Assembly (NCBI GenBank): GCA_043809315.1
Contig: JAZDDX010000009.1
Coordinates: forward strand, 1 to 64,000
Direction of reading: 5' to 3'
Origin: Pseudomonadota bacterium
Lineage (GTDB): Bacteria > Bdellovibrionota_G > JALEGL01 > DATDPG01
Length of the DNA stretch: 64,000 nt
Shown: in pieces, positions 60,376 to 64,000 of the stretch
How positions within the stretch are numbered: the first letter of the stretch is position 1
Layout: each line of letters begins with the position of its first letter
The notes under the pieces: model-generated
What the model saw: the letters and a program-made list of their open reading frames with translations, nothing else
Databases searched by the model: none
What the model was told of the DNA's origin: nothing
Position numbers and translations under genes: made by a program

Positions 60376-61523
60376 CGATCTTTGTAACCGGTGCGACCGG
60401 GTACCTCGGCTCGTACATCGCGAACGATCTCCTGCGAAATCATCCGGACCGCCTCGCTCTCCTGGTCCGGGCCAAGTCGGAGGAGGAGGCGAAACAACGG
60501 CTCTGGCAATCGCTTCAACTTCACATGGATTTCGAAACATTTTGCCGGTTCCTGACCGAACGGATCGAGATCTACCGGGGAGAGCTGACCGAGCCGGGCT
60601 TAGGTCTCTCCTCCTCCGCGCGGCAATCGCTGGTCCGTTCGATCGACTCGATCATCCATTGCGCCGCTTCGCTCAACCGAAAGTCGGAGAAGTCGTGCCT
60701 CAACGTGAACCTCCGCGGCACGCTGCATATGATCCGGCTTGCGCGCGAGGCGAACGAGAACCGCCCCCTCCGGCGCTTCAGCGACATCTCGACGGTCGCC
60801 GTCGCAGGAAACCGGCAGGACGAAACGGTTCTCGAGGAACGGATGATCGACTGGAGCCGGAGCGACTACGACCCGTACGCCCGGACCAAGAAGTTCTGCG
60901 AGTATATGCTCGCGGAACTCCTCCCCGACATCCCGCATACCGTGTTCCGCCCGAGCATCATCCTCGGCGACAGCCGGTTCCCCCAGACCACCCAGTTCGA
61001 CATGGTCCGAGCTTTCGCGTTCCTGGCGAAGCTCCCGGTTCTTCCTTTCTCCGGAACGTACCGCGCCGACATCGTTCCGGCCGACTTTGTCAGCCGCGCC
61101 GTCGTCACGATCCATCAGAAAGAGAAACCGAAACACGACTCCTACAACCTGAGCTCCGGAACCTACTCCCTGACCTACCGCGAGATCGTCCGGACCCTCC
61201 GAGAAGCGGGGACGGGGGGGAGAGGCATCTTCGCTCCCTGGCTCGAAACCCCGTTCTCCGGAACCGTATCGGCCCTGGCCGCGACCCCGCGCGCGCTCGG
61301 GATCTCGCCGCTCGCAACGCTCCTCAAGGTCTTTCTCCCGTATCTCACGTTCAACACCGTCTTCGACAACCGACGCGTGATCGAAGAGTTGGGGGAGAAG
61401 CCGGCGTCGTTCCGCTCGTACGCCGCGGGACTCTATCGGTTCGCGACGGAGGGGAAATTCACTTATCCGTACAAGCCTTATCCGGTCGAGACCGGAATCG
61501 AACGAAAGGTGGTCAACGTATGA
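60372..61523 (+). CDS. Extended SDR / thioester-reductase-like oxidoreductase
   Basis: IFVTGATGYLG, IIHCAAS, YARTK (YxxxK), RPSIILGDS and DIVPADFV. Confidence 0.88.
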   Translation: MTIFVTGATGYLGSYIANDLLRNHPDRLALLVRAKSEEEAKQRLWQSLQLHMDFETFCRFLTERIEIYRGELTEPGLGLSSSARQSLVRSIDSIIHCAASLNRKSEKSCLNVNLRGTLHMIRLAREANENRPLRRFSDISTVAVAGNRQDETVLEERMIDWSRSDYDPYARTKKFCEYMLAELLPDIPHTVFRPSIILGDSRFPQTTQFDMVRAFAFLAKLPVLPFSGTYRADIVPADFVSRAVVTIHQKEKPKHDSYNLSSGTYSLTYREIVRTLREAGTGGRGIFAPWLETPFSGTVSALAATPRALGISPLATLLKVFLPYLTFNTVFDNRRVIEELGEKPASFRSYAAGLYRFATEGKFTYPYKPYPVETGIERKVVNV

Positions 61524-62941
61524 TCGACGCCGATCGCGCTCTCGCGCTCTACATGGGGTCGTACATTCGGGCCGTCGGCTTCAAAACGAAGTTCGGAACC
61601 GCCGAGCCGCGCTGGAGTCCGGGGAAGAAGTTGAAGCTCCTCCTGGCCGGATATGTGGGCTCCCGGAACACCGGGGCCGACGTCCGGGTCGAAGAGATGA
61701 TTCGCCAGTTCCGTCACATCCTGGGGGACGACCGATCGGAGCTGACGATCATGTCGATCGATCCGACCCTCACGCAGGGGTACTTCGACGGTGTTCGCCA
61801 GATCGTGTTGCCACAGATCTTCCCGAAGTTCCTGTACGACGAATGCCCAAAACACCATGGAGTTGTCGCCTGCGAAGGGTCGATGTTCAAATCGAAGTTC
61901 GCGAACGCTCTCTCGACGATGATGGCGGGAGCTCTCGGAATCGCGGCGCGAGAAAACAAGCTGAGCGTCGGGTACGGTGCCGAGGCCGGAGCCATGACTC
62001 CGCCGCTGCGCCGATTCGTCGGGAAGCATTGCCGGAACTCGTTCGTGATCTGCCGGAACGAGCCGTCCCGGAAGATCCTCGAGGAGATGGGGATCCGGAC
62101 CGCGAGCGGAACCGACACCGCCTGGACATTCGAACCTTCCCCCCCCGCGACCGCGCAGGAGATCCTCCGACGGAAAGGATGGGACGGGCAGACCCCGATC
62201 CTGACCCTCTGTCCGATCAACCCCTACTGGTGGCCGGTCAAACCGCGACTCCTCAAAGCCGCGGCCCGACCGTTCGTTCCGGCCTACCGGGCCATCCACT
62301 ACAAATCGATCTACTTCCACGAGTATCCGACCGAGGCCCGGAAAAAATACGAACGCTATCTCGACTCGATCGCCGAGGCGGTGGCGGTGTTCCACCGCGA
62401 AAGGCGGTTCTTCCCGATCTTGGTCGCGATGGAACGCCTCGACCGGCGCGCCTGCCTCGACCTGCAGGCCCGTCTCAAGATGCCGATGCCGATCTTCGGG
62501 AGCGACGAGTACAACATGTACGACCTCGTCGCGATCTTGCGGAAAGCGTCGTTCCTAGTCAGCTCCCGCTTCCACGCCATCGTCACCTCGATGCCGGCGC
62601 AGGTCCCTTCCGCCGGGATCACGATGGACGAACGGATCCGGAACCTGATGACCGACCGCGGCCACCCCGACCTTTTCTTGACCGTCGATGACGAGCGGTT
62701 GACCGAGAGACTCGTCGGAATTCTCCGGAAACTCGACGCCGACGGTGAAAAAATCCGAGAGGAGATCGGCCGCTCGATCCCGAAACAGCTTCAATTGATG
62801 GGACAGATGGGGGTCGACTTCCTGGACGAGGTTTCCCGTGTTTACCCCGACTACCCGCGCCGCGATCTCAAGAGAGCCTGGGACCTACATCTTCCGCCGT
62901 TGCCGGAAACGGTCCGCAAACTGATGGAGAAATACGCATGA
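61520..62941 (+). CDS. Polysaccharide pyruvyl transferase family protein
   Basis: LLAGYVGSRNTGAD, ICRNEPS, DTAW and VSSRFHAIV match the family's GY.G..N.GD, R...S and R.H motifs. The ATG overlaps the SDR stop. Confidence 0.75.
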   Translation: MIDADRALALYMGSYIRAVGFKTKFGTAEPRWSPGKKLKLLLAGYVGSRNTGADVRVEEMIRQFRHILGDDRSELTIMSIDPTLTQGYFDGVRQIVLPQIFPKFLYDECPKHHGVVACEGSMFKSKFANALSTMMAGALGIAARENKLSVGYGAEAGAMTPPLRRFVGKHCRNSFVICRNEPSRKILEEMGIRTASGTDTAWTFEPSPPATAQEILRRKGWDGQTPILTLCPINPYWWPVKPRLLKAAARPFVPAYRAIHYKSIYFHEYPTEARKKYERYLDSIAEAVAVFHRERRFFPILVAMERLDRRACLDLQARLKMPMPIFGSDEYNMYDLVAILRKASFLVSSRFHAIVTSMPAQVPSAGITMDERIRNLMTDRGHPDLFLTVDDERLTERLVGILRKLDADGEKIREEIGRSIPKQLQLMGQMGVDFLDEVSRVYPDYPRRDLKRAWDLHLPPLPETVRKLMEKYA

Positions 62942-64000
62942 ACTTCGTCGAAACGATTCTTACCCGCCTTCGTTCCTCAACCGCCGATCCGATCGTCGAA
63001 GTCCACGGAAAGAAATTGGTTCCGATGACGGCGGCGGAGCTCCTCGACCGGATCGCCCGGGCTCGTTCCTTCCTGGAGGCGGGGGACGTCCGGGTCGGGG
63101 ACCGCGTGGTTCTCCTCGCTCCCAACTCGGCGAACTGGGTGGCCTGCGATCTCGCGATCCTTGCCTCCGGAGCGATCTCCGTCCCTCTTTACAGCCGGCA
63201 GGATCCGAAAGAGCTCGCCTTCATGGCCCGCGACTGCGCCCCGAAGCTCCTGATCGCCGCCGACCGGACGTTGGCCGACTCGATGCAACGGGAGTGGAAC
63301 AACCCCTGTCGGATCGTCACGTTCGACGAACTGTTCCGAACGGCACCGGCCGATCTTCCGATCGACGAGATCCGTTCGAACGATCCGGTGACGATCGTCT
63401 ACACCTCCGGCACGAGCGGCGACCCGAAAGGGGCGATCCTCACCTGCGGCAGCGTCGACTACATGCTGGCCCAGACCGCATCCCGTCTCCGGCTGGCGAC
63501 GGGGAAGAACGGGGGTACGGAGAGGGTCTTCCATTACCTTCCGGTCTGTTTCATGGGATCGCGGATCCTTCTCTGGACGCAGCTTCTTCGCGGAAACCCG
63601 CTTCACCTCTCGACCGATCTTTCGAACCTCCAAGAAGAACTCGCGACCGCCGAGCCGGAATATTTCCTGAACGTGCCCGCCCTTCTGGAGAGGATCCGGA
63701 GCGGTGTCGATCAGAAGATCCGGGAGATGGGGGGATTCCCCCTGCGGGCGTACCGAGCGGGCCTTGACGGGTATATCAACGCGAACCGGAACAACGCGAG
63801 TTTGCGCGGCTGGATCGACTTCTTCGTGGCAAAGCTGTTGGTGTTCCGCGCGATCCGGAAAAAAATCGGTTCCAGGATCCAGTTCCTGATCTGCGGGTCG
63901 GCCCCTCTTTCGGAAGAGACGCAGTTTTGGTTCGAAGCGATCGGGATCCCGATCCTCCAAGTGTACGGTTTGACCGAAACCACGGCGATCGTGACGATGG
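62938..64000 (+). CDS. AMP-dependent long-chain acyl-CoA synthetase (truncated at window end)
   Basis: ATG at 62938 (MNFVETIL...); GDRVVLLAPNS, IVYTSGTSGDPKGAIL, CGSAPL and QVYGLTET. No stop codon before 64000, so it is absent from the ORF track. Confidence 0.9.
   Translation, partial: MNFVETILTRLRSSTADPIVEVHGKKLVPMTAAELLDRIARARSFLEAGDVRVGDRVVLLAPNSANWVACDLAILASGAISVPLYSRQDPKELAFMARDCAPKLLIAADRTLADSMQREWNNPCRIVTFDELFRTAPADLPIDEIRSNDPVTIVYTSGTSGDPKGAILTCGSVDYMLAQTASRLRLATGKNGGTERVFHYLPVCFMGSRILLWTQLLRGNPLHLSTDLSNLQEELATAEPEYFLNVPALLERIRSGVDQKIREMGGFPLRAYRAGLDGYINANRNNASLRGWIDFFVAKLLVFRAIRKKIGSRIQFLICGSAPLSEETQFWFEAIGIPILQVYGLTETTAIVTM

Noticed and set aside
60542-61519. N-terminal 326 aa of the 799-aa ORF, suggesting a fusion protein
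   Set aside because: This is an Arg/Pro-rich alternative frame overlapping the SDR gene. The pyruvyl-transferase-like protein starts at the coupled ATG 61520.

Overview
GC-rich bacterial chromosomal segment. Gene content (TIGR02147-family protein, FHA-GGDEF cyclase, DUF507 pair, standalone MshEN protein, ElbD-like reductase) suggests a deltaproteobacterial-grade lineage such as Bdellovibrionota or Myxococcota; this is an inference. It is mostly housekeeping and envelope genes: ruvX-mltG, rimO-lolA-ftsK-rnj, rsmE, anmK, M16 peptidase, hemW, hrcA-grpE-dnaK, priA-galU-dksA, bcp, bioY, and an Opp/Dpp transporter split over two loci. Three accessory modules stand out. (1) A PDZ-sensor kinase and NtrC regulator sit upstream of a near-consensus sigma54 promoter that precedes a 1684-aa secreted protein. 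That protein has a trypsin-like domain whose catalytic Ser appears replaced by Asn, internal HTH-like repeats and C-terminal hydrophobic helices. (2) A lipid operon of TolC, a PIP-synthase-like CDP-alcohol transferase, a lipidated MlaC and phospholipase D. (3) An operon of fatty-acyl reductase, SDR, pyruvyl-transferase-like protein and acyl-CoA ligase behind a 20-bp palindrome, running off the window end. No rRNA, tRNA, CRISPR array or transposase was recognised. Product calls come from motif recognition by eye, with no database searches. Many start codons were moved from the ORF track to more plausible positions.
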